From Octopus sinensis (taxonomy: Eukaryota): a stretch of DNA of 64,000 nt. A program made the translations under genes and the position numbers. Location: NCBI RefSeq assembly GCF_006345805.1, contig NC_043023.1, positions 4,712,001-4,776,000 of the forward strand. Reading direction: 5' to 3'. Below, piece after piece: positions 37,335 to 50,600 of the stretch (positions within the stretch are counted from its first letter, which is position 1; the number at the start of each line of letters is the position of its first letter). The notes below the pieces were generated by a model that ran no database searches, had not been told where the DNA came from, and saw only the letters and a program-made list of their open reading frames with translations.

Positions 37335-37567
37335 TTTTTCCGCTTCATCGGGTTATCTCCCTTTGCAGGATAAAGACCCGTGAGGTGTCAAGCCTATCTG
37401 GCGACGTTGATGTCCCTGGGGCTAAATGCAACAGTAACCCCCCACCACCCTGCCTGTCCCTATCCATATTCAGATGGCTTAGTCCCTTATGTTATGGAGC
37501 AGTTACTGTCTATATCTCATTTAGAGAATTATTATTGCTATATATATATATATATACATACATGTAT

Positions 37568-37985
37568 ACATAGGCGCAGGAGTGGCTGTGTGGTAAGTAG
37601 CTTGTTTACCAACCACATGGTTCCAGATTCAGTCCCACTGCGTGGCATCTTGGGCAAGTGTCTTCTGCTATAGCCCCGGGCCGACCAATGCCTTGTGAGT
37701 GGATTTGGTAGACAGAAACTGAAAGAAGCCTGTCGTATATGTGTATACATATGTGTGTGTGTGTATGTGTGTGTATATGTTTGTGTGTCTGTGTTTGTCC
37801 CCCTAGCATTGCTTGACAACCGATGCTGGTGTGTTTACGTCCCCGTAACTTAGCGGTTCAGCAAAAGAGACCGGTAGAATAAGTACTGGGCTTACAAAGA
37901 ATAAGTCCTGGGGTCAATTTGCTCAACTAAAGGTGGTGCTCTAGCATGGCCGCAGTCAAATGACTGAAACAAGTAAAAGAAAGAA
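37568..37985 (+). mobile_element. CORE-type SINE family A, full length
   Basis: Head, CORE, microsatellite and tail are all present. Confidence 0.9.
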
Positions 37986-38016
37986 AAGAAATCTAATATA
38001 CATATATACATGTATG

Positions 38017-38075
<59 letters not shown>

Positions 38076-38076
38076 T

Positions 38077-40440
38077 ATATAACGGGAAGCTTTATGAAAA
38101 TAAACAAAAGACGACGGCAGGTGGAAAACAAACGAACAATTGTATTAGTATGGCGCTCAGGAAATATAAATAAAACAAGTCTTTAACGTTTCGAGCCTAC
38201 GCTCTTCAACAGAAAGATACAGAGAGAGAGAAAAACACAGAAAGAAGGAGAGAAAAAAAATGCGTGCAGTAGCTAACGAATCAACATGGCGATCTGATTT
38301 CGGCCAGAGGTCAAAGATCAACATGAGACGCGAGAGCGAAATAAGGGGAGATAATAGGGTTGATAAATGGGTTGAGGGACCAGCTAAAAGTGCGTGGGAG
38401 GGGTCTGGATGTGTGTATGTATAGGGTTGGTGTATGTATTAGTATGTATAAGGGTGTGTGTGTGGTGTGTGTGTATGAGAGAGTATTAGTGCGTAAGATT
38501 GGTCTGGACATGCGTATGTATGGGGTTGGTTGTATAGTAGTATTAGTATGTATTAGTACGTATTGGTATGTATAGGTATGTGTGTGTGTGTGTGAGAGAG
38601 TATAAGTGCGTATGCGGGGTCTGGACGTGTGTATGTATAGGTTTGTGTAAGTATTAGTATGTACTAGTATGTATTAGTACGTATTAGTATGTATTAGTTG
38701 GTGTGTGTATTAGTATGGCACATCATATGTGATGTGATGTGTAAAGTCATGTGGTGTAGTGAGGAGAAGAGGGGAAGGGGAGAAGAGTGGGAGAGAAGGG
38801 GAGGGGAAAGAAGAGGGGAGGAGAAGGGGGAAGAGGAGAGGAAAGGGGGAGAAGGAAGGGGAGGAGGGGGATGAAGGAGGAAAGAGGGAGAGGGGGGAGA
38901 GGGAGTGAGGAGCAGAGGGAAGGGGAAGAGGAGGGAGAAAGAGGGAAGAGGGAAGGCGAGTAGGGTGAAAGGATGAAGGACTGAAGAAGTAGGGGTCGGG
39001 GGGAGAAAGGGATAGGTGAGGAGGGGGGGAGGGGGGTTAGATGAGGAGGGAGGGAGAGTTGAGACCAAATGGCGTATAAGAGCGAAGAGAGAAGATTAAT
39101 TCCTGTTCACGGCGCAAACGGGAATCCGGATGGCCTCTGTGTAAGAACAAACCGAACACAGATAGGTGTTGCAAGGAGTGACCGTGGAGCGGAAATGGCG
39201 TGAGACCGGTGTGTCGTTCGCAAGGTGGATGTCACGAAGGTGTTCCGCGAACCGGTCAGCCAAGCGGCGTCCCGTTTGTCCGATGTACAAGGAATTGCAG
39301 AGAGAGCAAGAGATGCAATAGATAATATTGCTGGAGGTGCAGGTGAAGGAGTGGATGATGGGATAGGGTCGATGGTGGGTGCTAGTGAGGCGGGTGGTGT
39401 TGGAGAGGTAAGGGCAAGTGCGGCAACGTGGGCGGGAGCAGGGTTGGGAGGTAGGGTCAGGGAAGGAGCTATGTACCAAAAGGTCTCGAAGGTTGTGGGC
39501 TCGTTTGAAAGAGGGGAGGGGTCGGTTAGGGAAGAGGTGTGAAGTGGACGGGTCGGACTGGAGATGACGGAAAGCTCGAAGAATGGTGCGTTGGAGACGT
39601 AGGGTCGTGGGGTGGTAAGTGAGGGGAAAAGGGAGGCGGGAGACTACAGGGCGGGTTCGGGGAGAGAGAGCAGATACACGGTCCACGGACCGTGCTCTGG
39701 CAAGGGCGGTGTGGATAGTGGTGAGGGGTTATCCACGTAGGGTGAAGTGGTGAGCCATACGTTGAGACTGAGTCTCAAAGTCATGGTCGTCACTACAGAG
39801 CCTACGTAGACGGAGGAATTGGGAATAGGGGATGGAAAGCTTGGTGTGTTCTGGGTGGGAGGAAGAGAAGTTGAGGTATGAGTGTGAGTCTGTGTTTTGT
39901 AGTGAATGGAGGTGGTAAGAGTGGAGTGAAGAATGCTAACCGAAATGTCGAGGAAGGAGACAGAGGTGTTGGAGATAGTGGAAGTGAAGTGGAGGGCTGG
40001 ATGGAAAGATTGGACGAAAGAGAGGAAGGAATCTAGATGTTCGCGGGAGAGTGAGGTGGCACCGATAATGTCGTCAATATAACGACCATATAGTTCAGGA
40101 GTGGGACCAGTGAAATTAGAGAATATTTGGGCCTCAACATAGCCACGAACAGGTTCGCATAGTTGGGGCCCATTCGCGTTCCCATGGCCACTCCCGAGAC
40201 CTGATGGTAGAACTCGCCCCGAACGAGAAGCAGTTCAGAGTAAGGACAAGTTCGGCCAGACGAAGAGTGTGGAGGTGTCAGGTACAGGGTTAGAGCGGAG
40301 GTCAAGAAAGTGTCGAAGGGCCTGCAGTCCTTCGTGGTGAGGGATAACAGTATAGAGGCTTCGGATGTCCATAGTAAAAAGGATTTTGGAGGAGCCGGGA
40401 GGAAAGGAGAAAGAGTTGAAAAGCCGGAGAGCATGGTTGG
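38077..40440 (-). mobile_element. Penelope-like retroelement (RT + GIY-YIG), 5'-truncated and frameshifted, with 3' pLTR
   Basis: RT motifs LFTMDIRSLYTVIP, QVSGVAMGTRMGPNYANLF, RYIDD, VSFLDI; GIY-YIG IIYCISCSLCNSLYIGQTGRRLADRFAEH preceded by PCSRPRCRTC. Confidence 0.92.
38180..38217 (-). ncRNA. Minimal hammerhead in the Penelope pLTR (family H2; A6U variant)
   Basis: UCUUU-CUGUUGA-A-GAGC-GUAG-GCUC-GAAA-CG-UU-AAAGA; helix I 5 bp; AACGUU palindrome. Confidence 0.6.
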
Positions 40441-40445
40441 TATCG

Positions 40446-40507
<62 letters not shown>

Positions 40508-40677
40508 TGTGTGCATCTATGCATATATATATGTATATATATGGGTTCAATAAAAATTTAGATTCAGATGCATATGGTACTTAAGTTGAGGCACCAGAAT
40601 TTAGTATGGTATTATCCATACAATTTCAAAATAAGGTGATTATAATCAAAATAAGCAACAAGGATATCCAGAGGTAA

Positions 40678-40764
40678 TGCAGTACGATCGTTTCATGCAA
40701 CTCCATTAAATTGAACAATGCAATCATTACATCAATTTAAAATGTAAAGCAATTTTCAGCTGCA
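40678..40764 (-). ncRNA. Hammerhead family H4 copy (G8A, probably inactive)
   Basis: UGCAG-CUGAAAA-...GCAU-GAAA-CGAUCG-UA-CUGCA inside a repeat (40550-40810) homologous to 32195-32450. Confidence 0.6.
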
Positions 40765-40969
40765 CAATGACATAGAAATTAATTAAATTAGAACAGATGG
40801 ACACATTAGTATAATTTTAGTTAAAATTCCTGGATATTTGTTGACATGTTTCTAGACAGAATGGAAATGAAATGAAAGATAGCTGCTTAAGTAAGTGGGC
40901 ATTTGTCCCAGTACATTTATATATATATACATATACATATGGAGGTATATATATATATACATATAACTA

Positions 40970-41255
40970 GTATAGCCTCAGGCCAACTTGTGAGTGGATT
41001 TCATACACAGAAGCTGAAAGAAGACTGTCATATATTTCTGTGTATTTGTGTGTATGTCTGTGTCTGTACCTCCACCGTTGCTTGACAACCAATGTTGCTG
41101 TGTTTACGTTCCCATCACTTAGCAGTTCGACAAAAGACACTTATCGAATAAGTACTAGGCTTACAAAAACTAAATCCTAGAGTCGATTTGTTCAACTAAA
41201 GGCAGTGCTCCAGCATGGCCACAATCACATGACTGAAACAAGTAAAACAATAAAA
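40970..41255 (+). mobile_element. CORE-type SINE family A lacking its head
   Basis: Matches the consensus body and tail. Confidence 0.7.
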
Positions 41256-41879
41256 AAACTATGCCATTTTAGTCCCAAGCAACACCGGGTATCTCTGCAT
41301 CTCTGCTAGTATATATATATATATATACACAATAGGCTTCTTTCATTTTCCAGATTTTAAATCAACCTGGCTATAGTAGAAGTCATTTGCCAAGAAGTTA
41401 TGCATGCCGGATGAAATGCTTAGCGGTAATTTCGTCTGCTGCTATGTTCTGAGTTCAAATTCCGCCGAGGTCGACTTTGCCTTTCATCCTTTCAGGGTCA
41501 ATAAATTAAGTACCAGTTACGCACTGGGGTCGATGTAATCGACTTGATCTCTTTGTCTGTCCTTGTTTGTCCCCTCTGTGGGCAATAAAGAAATAAGAAG
41601 CCATGCAGTTGGACTGAACCTGGAACCATGTGTTGGGAAGCAAGGTTCTTACCACAGAGCCACACCAACACCTTTGAACAGAATTATTTTTTTTATTTTG
41701 CACCCAACATTTTTTAAACCATGGCAAAAGATGCATCTCAACTTTGCAGAGTAGAAAAAGATGAACTTTTACATGATGTGGCTGAGATAAATCTCAATTG
41801 TTTGGGGAAAATTTGTTAAAAGAGAAGAAAATCAATAAAGATACACCAGAAATAACATAGTTATTAACCTTGTGAGTCT

Positions 41880-41983
41880 CTGGGTGACTTTTAGGCCACC
41901 CTGTATGCAAAACGTGTGTATGTATGTATGTAGAGAGAGAGAGAGATACACTTATACATGTATGTATGTATGTATGTATGTAT

Positions 41984-42032
<49 letters not shown>

Positions 42033-42221
42033 CATACAAATACACACACATATATATGTATGTATATTTGTATATATATATATATACACACACACACACA
42101 AATTTATGTAGGTATGTACACACACACACACACATATATATATATACATATGTATCTTTGTATGTATGTATGTAGAGAGAGAGATACACATATACATGTA
42201 TGTTATATATCTATATATATC

Positions 42222-42286
<65 letters not shown>

Positions 42287-42466
42287 TATGTATGTATGTA
42301 TATGTATATTGTATATATATATATATATACACACACAAATATGTCGGTATGTATGTATATTTATATATATATACATATGTATGTATGTGCATATGTATAT
42401 TTTTATATGTACAATATGTACCTGTATATTATATGTTACATGAACACATATATGTACAAGTTTGTG

Positions 42467-42560
<94 letters not shown>

Positions 42561-42873
42561 GCATACTTACATATATACACATAAACATACGTGTACACAG
42601 GTATTTGCATATATTTATATAGATAGATATGTATGTACATACTTAGTTATCTGTGTATGCATATTTTTATAGATGTATACTTGTACAAACTCACATACTC
42701 ACACACATGTACATACACACATATGTGTATAAATACATACTTATTCGAGTGTGTGCATGCGTGTTTTCAAAATGTGTAACACCCCCGCACATTCTTGGCG
42801 TGGGTGTTATGAACACAACTATTCTAGGCAGTACTTTAAAAATTATGTGAGTGTGTGTATGCATATATGCATA

Positions 42874-42956
<83 letters not shown>

Positions 42957-43324
42957 TACATGCATACTTACATATATACACATAAACATACGTGTACACA
43001 GGTATTTGCATATATTTATATAGATAGATATGTATGTACATACTTAGTTATCTGTGTATGCATATTTTTATAGATGTATACTTGTACAAACTCACATACT
43101 CACACACATGTACATACACACATATGTGTATAAATACATACTTATTCGAGTGTGTGCATGCGTGTTTTCAAAATGTGTAACACCCCCGCACATTCTTGGC
43201 GTGGGTGTTATGAACACAACTATTCTAGGCAGTACTTTAAAAATTATGTGAGTGTGTGTATGCATATATGCATATGTGTGTGTGTATATATATATATATA
43301 TTATATATATATATATAATATATA

Positions 43325-43355
<31 letters not shown>

Positions 43356-43520
43356 TACATATATGTATATATACACATATATAAATTTATATACACAAAC
43401 TCACATATATAAATATGTATGTGTATATATGTATATATACATATATATATACATATACATACACACACACATATATATATATGATATATATGTATATGCA
43501 TAAGAGTGTGTGTGTGTGTG
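41880..43520. repeat. (TA)n/(CA)n mosaic containing a ~401-bp direct duplication
   Basis: Identical unique segments (the ORF track shows the same peptide at 42653 and 43054). Confidence 0.85.
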
Positions 43521-43779
43521 TGTGTGTGTCTGTATGTCTGTGTGTTTGAACACCCTGCACTCCACAGTTTATCATTCCAGAGATATTGAAAAGTAGATTC
43601 AATTTGCTAACAGATAAGATAGATGAGCAATGACTGAGACATTTACTACAACCCAACCAACATCCTCAGCGCCATGCCATTAATAACACCACCACCAACA
43701 CCACCACCATAATATTAATACTACTACCTTACCACTACTAATTCTACTAAAACCATAACCACTACACAATTACTGTAAC

Positions 43780-44180
43780 CATAGGCGCAGGAGTGGCTGT
43801 GTGGTAAATAGCTTGCTTACCAACCACATGGTTCCGGGTTCAGTCCCACTGGGTGGCATCTTGGGCAAGTGTCTTCTGCTATAGCCTCGGGCCGACCAAA
43901 GCCTTGTGAGTGGATTTGGTAGACAGAAACTGAAAGAAGCCTGTCGTATATATGTATATATAAATATGTGTGTGTATGTTTGTGTGTCTGTGTTTGTCCC
44001 CCTAGCATTGCTTGACAACCGATGCTGGTGTGTTTATGTCCCCGTTACTTAGCGGTTCGGCAAAAGAGACCGATAGAATAAGTACTGGGCTTACAAAGAA
44101 TGAGTCCTGGGGTCGATTTGCTCGACTAAAGGTGGTGCTCCAGCATAGCCGCAGTCAAATGACTGAAACAAGTAAAGGAG
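43780..44180 (+). mobile_element. CORE-type SINE family A, full length
   Basis: Matches the consensus; a head-only copy follows at ~44250-44410. Confidence 0.9.
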
Positions 44181-44414
44181 AGATACCATTAGAACTACCA
44201 CAGCACCATCACCATACATTACTATACATATTACAACCACTGCTACCAACAACACTGACTTGGCTGTTTGGTAAAAAGCTTGCTTCACAACCTCATGGTT
44301 TCTAAGTTCAGGCCCATTGCATGGTATCTTCGGCAAGTGTCTTCTAGTGTAGTCTGGAGCTGAACAAACACTTGTCAGTGGATTGGTCGATGGAAACTGA
44401 AAAAGAGCCTGTCA

Positions 44415-45692
44415 TCATCACCATTATTGTCGTTTAACATCTGCTCTCCATGCTAGCATGGGTTGGACGTATGACTGAGGGCTGGCGAACCAGATGGCTG
44501 CACCAGGCTTCAATCTTGATCTGGCAGAACTTCTACAGCTGGATGCCCTTCCTAATGCCAACTACTCTGAGAGTGTAGTGAGTGCTTTTACGTACCATTG
44601 GCACAGGGCCAGTCAGACGGCACTGGCAACGACCTTGCTTGAATCTTTTGCACATGCCACCAGCACAGGTGCCAGTAAGGTGATGCTGGTAACAATCATG
44701 CTCGAATGGTGTCTTTTACATGCCACTGGCACGGAGGCCAGATAGCCACTCTGGCAACAATCATGCTCGGATGGTGCTCTTAATACCCTACTAGCACAGG
44801 GCTCGAGTGCCAGTAATGCGACGCTGGTAACGATCACGCTCGAATGGTGCCTTTTAAGTGCCACTGGCACGGAAGCCGGTTAGCCGCTATGTCAATGATC
44901 ACACTCGTATGATACTCTTTGCACCCCGCTAGCACGGATGCCAGTTGTCGAATTTGATTTTGATTTTGATTTTTGATTTCACTTGCCTCAACAGGTCTTC
45001 GCAAGCAGAGTTTTAGTGTCCAAAGAAGGAAAAGGTATGCATAAGTGGGCTGGTAACGCCCCTGGCATAGGCCACGAGATTTGGTCTCATTTGGCTTGCC
45101 GGGTCTTCTCACGCACGGCATATTTCCAAAAGTCTCGGTCACTAGTCATTTCCTCAGTGAGGCCCAAAGTTTTAAGGTCGTGCTTCACCACTCCATCCCA
45201 GGTCTTCCTGGGTCTACCTCTTCCACAGGTTCCCTCAACTGCCAGGGTGTGGCACTTTTTCACACACCTATCTTCATCCATTCTCGCCACATGACCATGC
45301 CAGCGCAGTCGTCTCTCTTGCACACCACATCTGATGCTTCTTAGGTCCAACCTTTCTCTCAAGGTACTTACACTCTGTCGAGTATGCACACAGACATTAC
45401 ACATCCATTGGATCATACTGGCTTCGTTCTTTGTGAGCTTACGCATGTCCTCCGCAGTCTCAGCCCATGTTTTACTGCCATGTAGCATGGCTGTTCGTAC
45501 ACATGCATCATACAGTCTACCTTTTACTCTGAGCGAGAGGCCCTTTGTCACCAGCAGAGGTAAGAGCTCTCTGAACTTTGCCCAAGCTATTCCTATTCTA
45601 GTAGCTACACTTTCAGTGCACTCTTCCCCGCTACTGACTTGGTCACCTAGGTAACGGAAGTGATCAACTACTTCTAGTTTTCCTCCCTGGAA
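44415..45692 (-). mobile_element. RTE-clade LINE, 5'-truncated
   Basis: KLEVVDHFRYLGDQ, RLYDACVRTAMLHGSKTW, RRLRWHGHVARM, GRGRPRKTW; 3' UTR with internal repeats and a (GAT)n tail. Confidence 0.92.
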
Positions 45693-45769
45693 TGTGGCAG
45701 AAGTGGCAGAATATACTGTATAATGTATGTATATATAATATATATATATATATATATATCATAAAGAAT

Positions 45770-46017
45770 AAATGCACCCTTTTAAAGCCTAGCCAGGCTC
45801 ATGGGCCCGGCTTCCCAGTTTCTATGGCGTATGTGTTCCCCAGCTGGATGGGACACCACTCCATCGCAGTGTTACTCAATTTTGCCAGCTGAGTGGACTG
45901 GAGCAACGTGAAATGAAGTGTTTTGCTCAAGAACACAACACGTTGCCCGGTCCAGGAATCGAAGCCACAATCTTACGATCATGGTGCTGACACCCTAACC
46001 ACTAAACCATGCGCCTC

Positions 46018-46020
<3 letters not shown>
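45770..46020 (-). mobile_element. tRNA SINE, family B head with a family C-like tail
   Basis: Head homologous to 4039-4160; tail homologous to 10300-10400. Confidence 0.7.
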
Positions 46021-46049
<29 letters not shown>

Positions 46050-46090
46050 CATGACATATATATATATATAATATATATATATATATATAC

Positions 46091-46137
<47 letters not shown>

Positions 46138-46143
46138 TATACA

Positions 46144-48626
46144 CAGGCATACCTCGACTTAGGTCATTTCGATTTAACTCGCTTTCGATTATATGTCGGT
46201 TTTCAAAAATAATATATGGAAAAATAAAAATCAGGTGAAGTCATTTTACTCGACTTTACATCTATCCACCACAAATATTGGAATCGTAAACTCACTAGAA
46301 AACCTTTAAAAGCACATAAAATTCTATTACTGTACAATAAATAAGAATAAAAGCATATAAAATCATATTAAAATGCGTACAGTAAATGATACACACAATA
46401 AAGTAGTGTATCTGTGTTGTCTTATTTATCAGTCTTTCGGAGCTCATATTGCACTGTAGTTCCAATATCTACCATTAGGCGTTGTTGTCACTTGTGATTC
46501 CCGTGATTGTTTTGAATTCAAATTTGTTTACGTTTGTTTATTGGCTACTTTCTTATTCTCATTCATTTGCGACTTTATTTTTTGTCCCCATGGCTCCTAA
46601 GAAAATTCATAGTGAAAGTGCTAAGTGCCATGCTATAACGCTAGAAGGTAAACTGGTTGTGATAAAAAGCCATGATAAAGATGAAAAGTGGTAGCAATTG
46701 CACAATCTTTGGGGATGAGTCGGACAACTGTATTGACGATTGTACATAATAAGGACAAGATTTTTAGCACAAATGAAATCTGAGACCCCAGGGATGAAGA
46801 ACACTGTCATCAATAAGAAAAGAGGCAAAATCTTTGAAGAAATGGAAAGTCTTCTTTCTCTTTGGATTGTTAGGCGTTCTACTATTAGTCAAGAAATCAT
46901 TCAAAAGAAAGCGTTGTCTTTGTTTGAGGACCTGAAGAAAACATATCCAGATGAGAAAGATGTAGAGTTCAAGGCAAGTCAAGGATGGTTCATGAGATTT
47001 AAGGAGCGAAAAAGTTATCACTCCATTAAGAAGCAAAGTGAAAGTGCATCAGCTGACAAATAAGCAGCAGTGGAATTTCCTAATGCATTAAAGAAAATGG
47101 GTTTCTTCCTGAATAGATTTTTAACCTAGATGAAACAGGATTGTATTGGAAAAAATTGCCAGATTGTTCATTCATTTCCAAGGAGAAGAAAGCTATTCCA
47201 GGCTACAAGGTCTCAAAAGAATGTGTGACCATTACATTGGGAGGTAATTATGCAAGAGATTTTAAGTTAAAGCCATTGCTTGTGTATCACGCACACAACC
47301 CCTGTGCTATGAAGAACATACCCAAGGCATCTCCCCCTTTTATATGGATGGCTAATTCAAAAGCATGGGTTACTGTTGTTGTTTTTAAAGATTGGTTCTT
47401 CAATCATTTTTATCCCAGCAGCAGAGAAGTACTGTAAGGAGAAGGGAATTCCTTTTAAGGTTTTACTTATCCTTGATAAGGCTCCTGGCCACCTGCAAAA
47501 AGTTGTTGATTTTGATCCCAACGTTACCGTCATATACCTCTGTCCAAACATCATGTCTCTTCTGCAGCCAATGGATCAAGGAATAATTGCTATCTTCAAA
47601 CGTTACTATATGAAGTGTACGCTGTGGCAAGCAATAACTGCAACTGATCTTGATGAGTCCATCACATACGATATCTACAAGGCTGTACAGAACATAGCAG
47701 CAGCATGGAATGATGTACAGAGTATGGATATGAATGGTGTATGGAAGAAGCTATGCCCGCAATACGTGAATGATTTTAAGGGGTTTGCTAATGTTGCCAT
47801 CAACAAAATGTTGGTAAATGGATTTGGAGGAGGATTTCACAGATTTATTTGAAAAAGACGACCAGCCCCTGACGAACGAGGACTTGATAGAGCATCACAA
47901 GCAGCAAAACAAAGAAGAGGAAGTCGAACCTGAGCCATGTCACTTTACCATTAAGAAAATGCAGCAAGCATTTGCATAAATCAAAAATGGTCTTTCTGTG
48001 TTTGAGGATATGGATCCAAATGCTCAATGCTTTTCCAAGATAATGGGGTCTTGTCGAGAAGCTTTTTCTCCTTATAATGTAATTTTTGAGGAAAAGAAGA
48101 CAGTTCAAGGAACTCTCAACCAGTTTTTTAAGTGCATCAAACAAGAACATCCAGAATCAGCTGTTGATGTTGATGATCCACAGCCAACTACATCCATGAT
48201 GTAAACCACCAAATTGTATGTACCAAATTGGTAAATTTAAAATAATTTTGTTTTTGTTTTTTTACTTTTGTAAAATAATAATAATTACTGAATTAGTCTT
48301 TTAAGCTTAAAAATGGCTTTTATTTTACCATGTCTAATTGAAAACTCCATTCTTAAATAAAGCCTTCCGTGATGTACGGGAAACACAGTCAAATTGTATT
48401 CGTAAATTTAGATCATTATTTTTTTTACTGTACTGTATTAGAAAATAAAAATTATTTGTTTGTAAGCTTAAAATAGGTTTTTATTAACCATGTATTATTG
48501 AAAATGCATTCATAAATAAAGTACAGAACTTGGAATGGTTATTATCGGTTTAGCCTAGAGACAAGTAAATTCTACTTATGTTGTGTCACCTGGAACCAAT
48601 TAATGATGTCAGGTGAGATATGCCTG
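46144..48626 (+). mobile_element. Near full-length Tigger/pogo transposon, transposase disrupted
   Basis: TIRs CAGGCATACCTCGACTTAGGTC and GTCAGGTGAGATATGCCTG|TA; HTH (EFKASQGWFMRFKER) and DDE_1 (NLDETGLYWK, LILDKAPGH, LLQPMDQGII). Confidence 0.92.
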
Positions 48627-49069
48627 TATATGTATGTATAGTTAAAAGAAGGAAAGAAAATGGAGATAAGGAAGTTAATTATTTATTATTAACAAATTGG
48701 TCATCTTCGCTTTTTACAACTATTTCAATTAATCACGAGATTAATGTAACCTCCAATTAAATGACCAAAACAAAAAATCAATTTTAAAAATAACACCTGA
48801 ACATCACCAGCAGCAGCAGCAACATCACCACTACTACTGCATACCACTGCCACCTCTAATATACCATTAGCACTACCACCACTACACCAACACCAGCACC
48901 ACCATTCCACCACTAGCAGCAACCACTAATGTCGCAACCACCACCACCACCACCACCACCACCACCAACGATTGCAACAGCAACAACAACTCCAACACCA
49001 CTATCATTACTAACCAAGCCACTTTACTGTACCATGACCACCACCAACAAATGAGTGATGTTCTACATA

Positions 49070-49460
49070 GGCACAGGCGTGGCTGTGTAGTAAGAAGCAT
49101 GCTTCCCAACTACATTGTTCCATGTTCAGTCCCACTGCGGGGCACCTTGGGCAAGTGTCTTCTACTATAGCCTTGGGCCAACCAAAACCTTGTAAGTGGA
49201 TTTTGTAGACAGAAACTGAGAGAAGCCTGTTATGTATCTATGTGGGGGTTTCTGAGTTTGTCCCCCTGCCATCGCTTGACAACCCGATGGTGGTGTGTTT
49301 ATGTCCTTGTAACTTAGCATTTCAGCAAAATATACCAATAGAATAAGGACTAAGCTTACAAAATATAAGTCCTGGGGTTGATTTCTTCAACTCAGATCCT
49401 TTAAAGTGGTGCTCTAGCATGGCCACAGTCAAATGATTGAAACGAGTAAAAGAATAAAAA
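49070..49460 (+). mobile_element. CORE-type SINE family A
   Basis: Matches the consensus. Confidence 0.85.
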
Positions 49461-49519
49461 AATAAAAGAATGGTTACTTGACCTGCTAGTAACAGTAGTC
49501 AGTTCACTTCCCAATCGCA

Positions 49520-49830
49520 GTTTCCTTCATCTGCCACATTGCTATCCATCACATGCGCTGGTACAGACATGTCCTCTATCTCCCAGTAGATCATCCTACC
49601 AGAGCTTTACTCTCGTTTGACACAGCAGCTCCAGGCTAGAAGAGGTCTCATGGCAGGCCCTGCACAAGATGGCTAGACATAGTTAAGGAAGATCTCCAGA
49701 GGCTCAATATTATCTTGGGGAATGCAAAGGGACTGGCAGAGGACCAACAGCAATGGAGAGCATTGGTGGACCTGGTCAGCTCTATGCCTGATGACCCCCT
49801 TCAGCCCCATCAAGCAGGAGCATGAAGCAA
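49520..49830 (+). mobile_element. RTE LINE C-terminal fragment
   Basis: MRWYRHV...GRPCTRWLDIVKEDLQRL...AEDQQQWRALV. Confidence 0.7.
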
Positions 49831-50281
49831 GCAAGGAAGTACAAGGAATCTTTGTCCCTTATTAATTTCAGTCCTAATTTTTATGTTGTGTCTCTGTCAA
49901 TAACATTAACGTGGTTGAGTGGTCCGCATCCTGTTTTAAGATGTGCAACTTCCTGAAATATCCTTTCTACTGTGGGCATAAAGCCTGAATTTGGGGGAAG
50001 GGATTAAGTCAATTACATTGACCCTAGTGTGTAACTGGTACTTATTTAACTGACCCTGAAAGGATGAAAGGCAAAGTCGACCTCGGCGGAATTTGAACTC
50101 AGAACGCAAAGACAGTCGAAATGCCACTAAGCATTTTGCCCTGCTTGCTAATGATTCAGCCAGCTCACTACCTTATCACCTCTTTGATATATAACATCTG
50201 ATATGGCCTATTAGCACAATGGTAGTGGCCAATGGCCAGCAAAGGTTAGCCTGCATTGATAACAACAGCAGAGATGGAGGG

Positions 50282-50282
<1 letters not shown>

Positions 50283-50346
<64 letters not shown>

Positions 50347-50600
50347 CCATCATTGTTTAACATCTGTTTTCCGTACTGGCATGGGTTGGACGGTTTAACA
50401 GGAGCTGGCCAGACTCTAATTTTCTGTTCTAACATGGTTTCTGTGGCTGGATGCCCTTCCTAGTGCCAACCACTTTACAGGATATACTGGGTGCTTTTAC
50501 GTGCCACCAGCACAGGTGTATTTATGCAACACTGGTATGAATGCATTTTATGTGGCACAGACATTTTATGTGGCACCTGTGAAGGAGAAGCCTTCTGCTT
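50283..50600 (-). mobile_element. RTE-type 3' end with (GAT)n tail
   Basis: (CAT)n followed by TTTAACATC...GCATGGGTTGGACGG...GGATGCCCTTCCTA; similar pieces at 51150-51390, 51640-51720 and 52575-52810. Confidence 0.7.

Larger units (their letters stand above)
36588..37538. mobile_element. Hammerhead-containing ~350-nt tandem repeat (candidate retrozyme): inverted copy plus ~1.8 direct copies, in (TA)n
   Basis: 36588-36903 is the reverse complement of the unit; direct copies have period ~350 (cores at 36946 and 37296); no homologous ORF. Confidence 0.85.
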
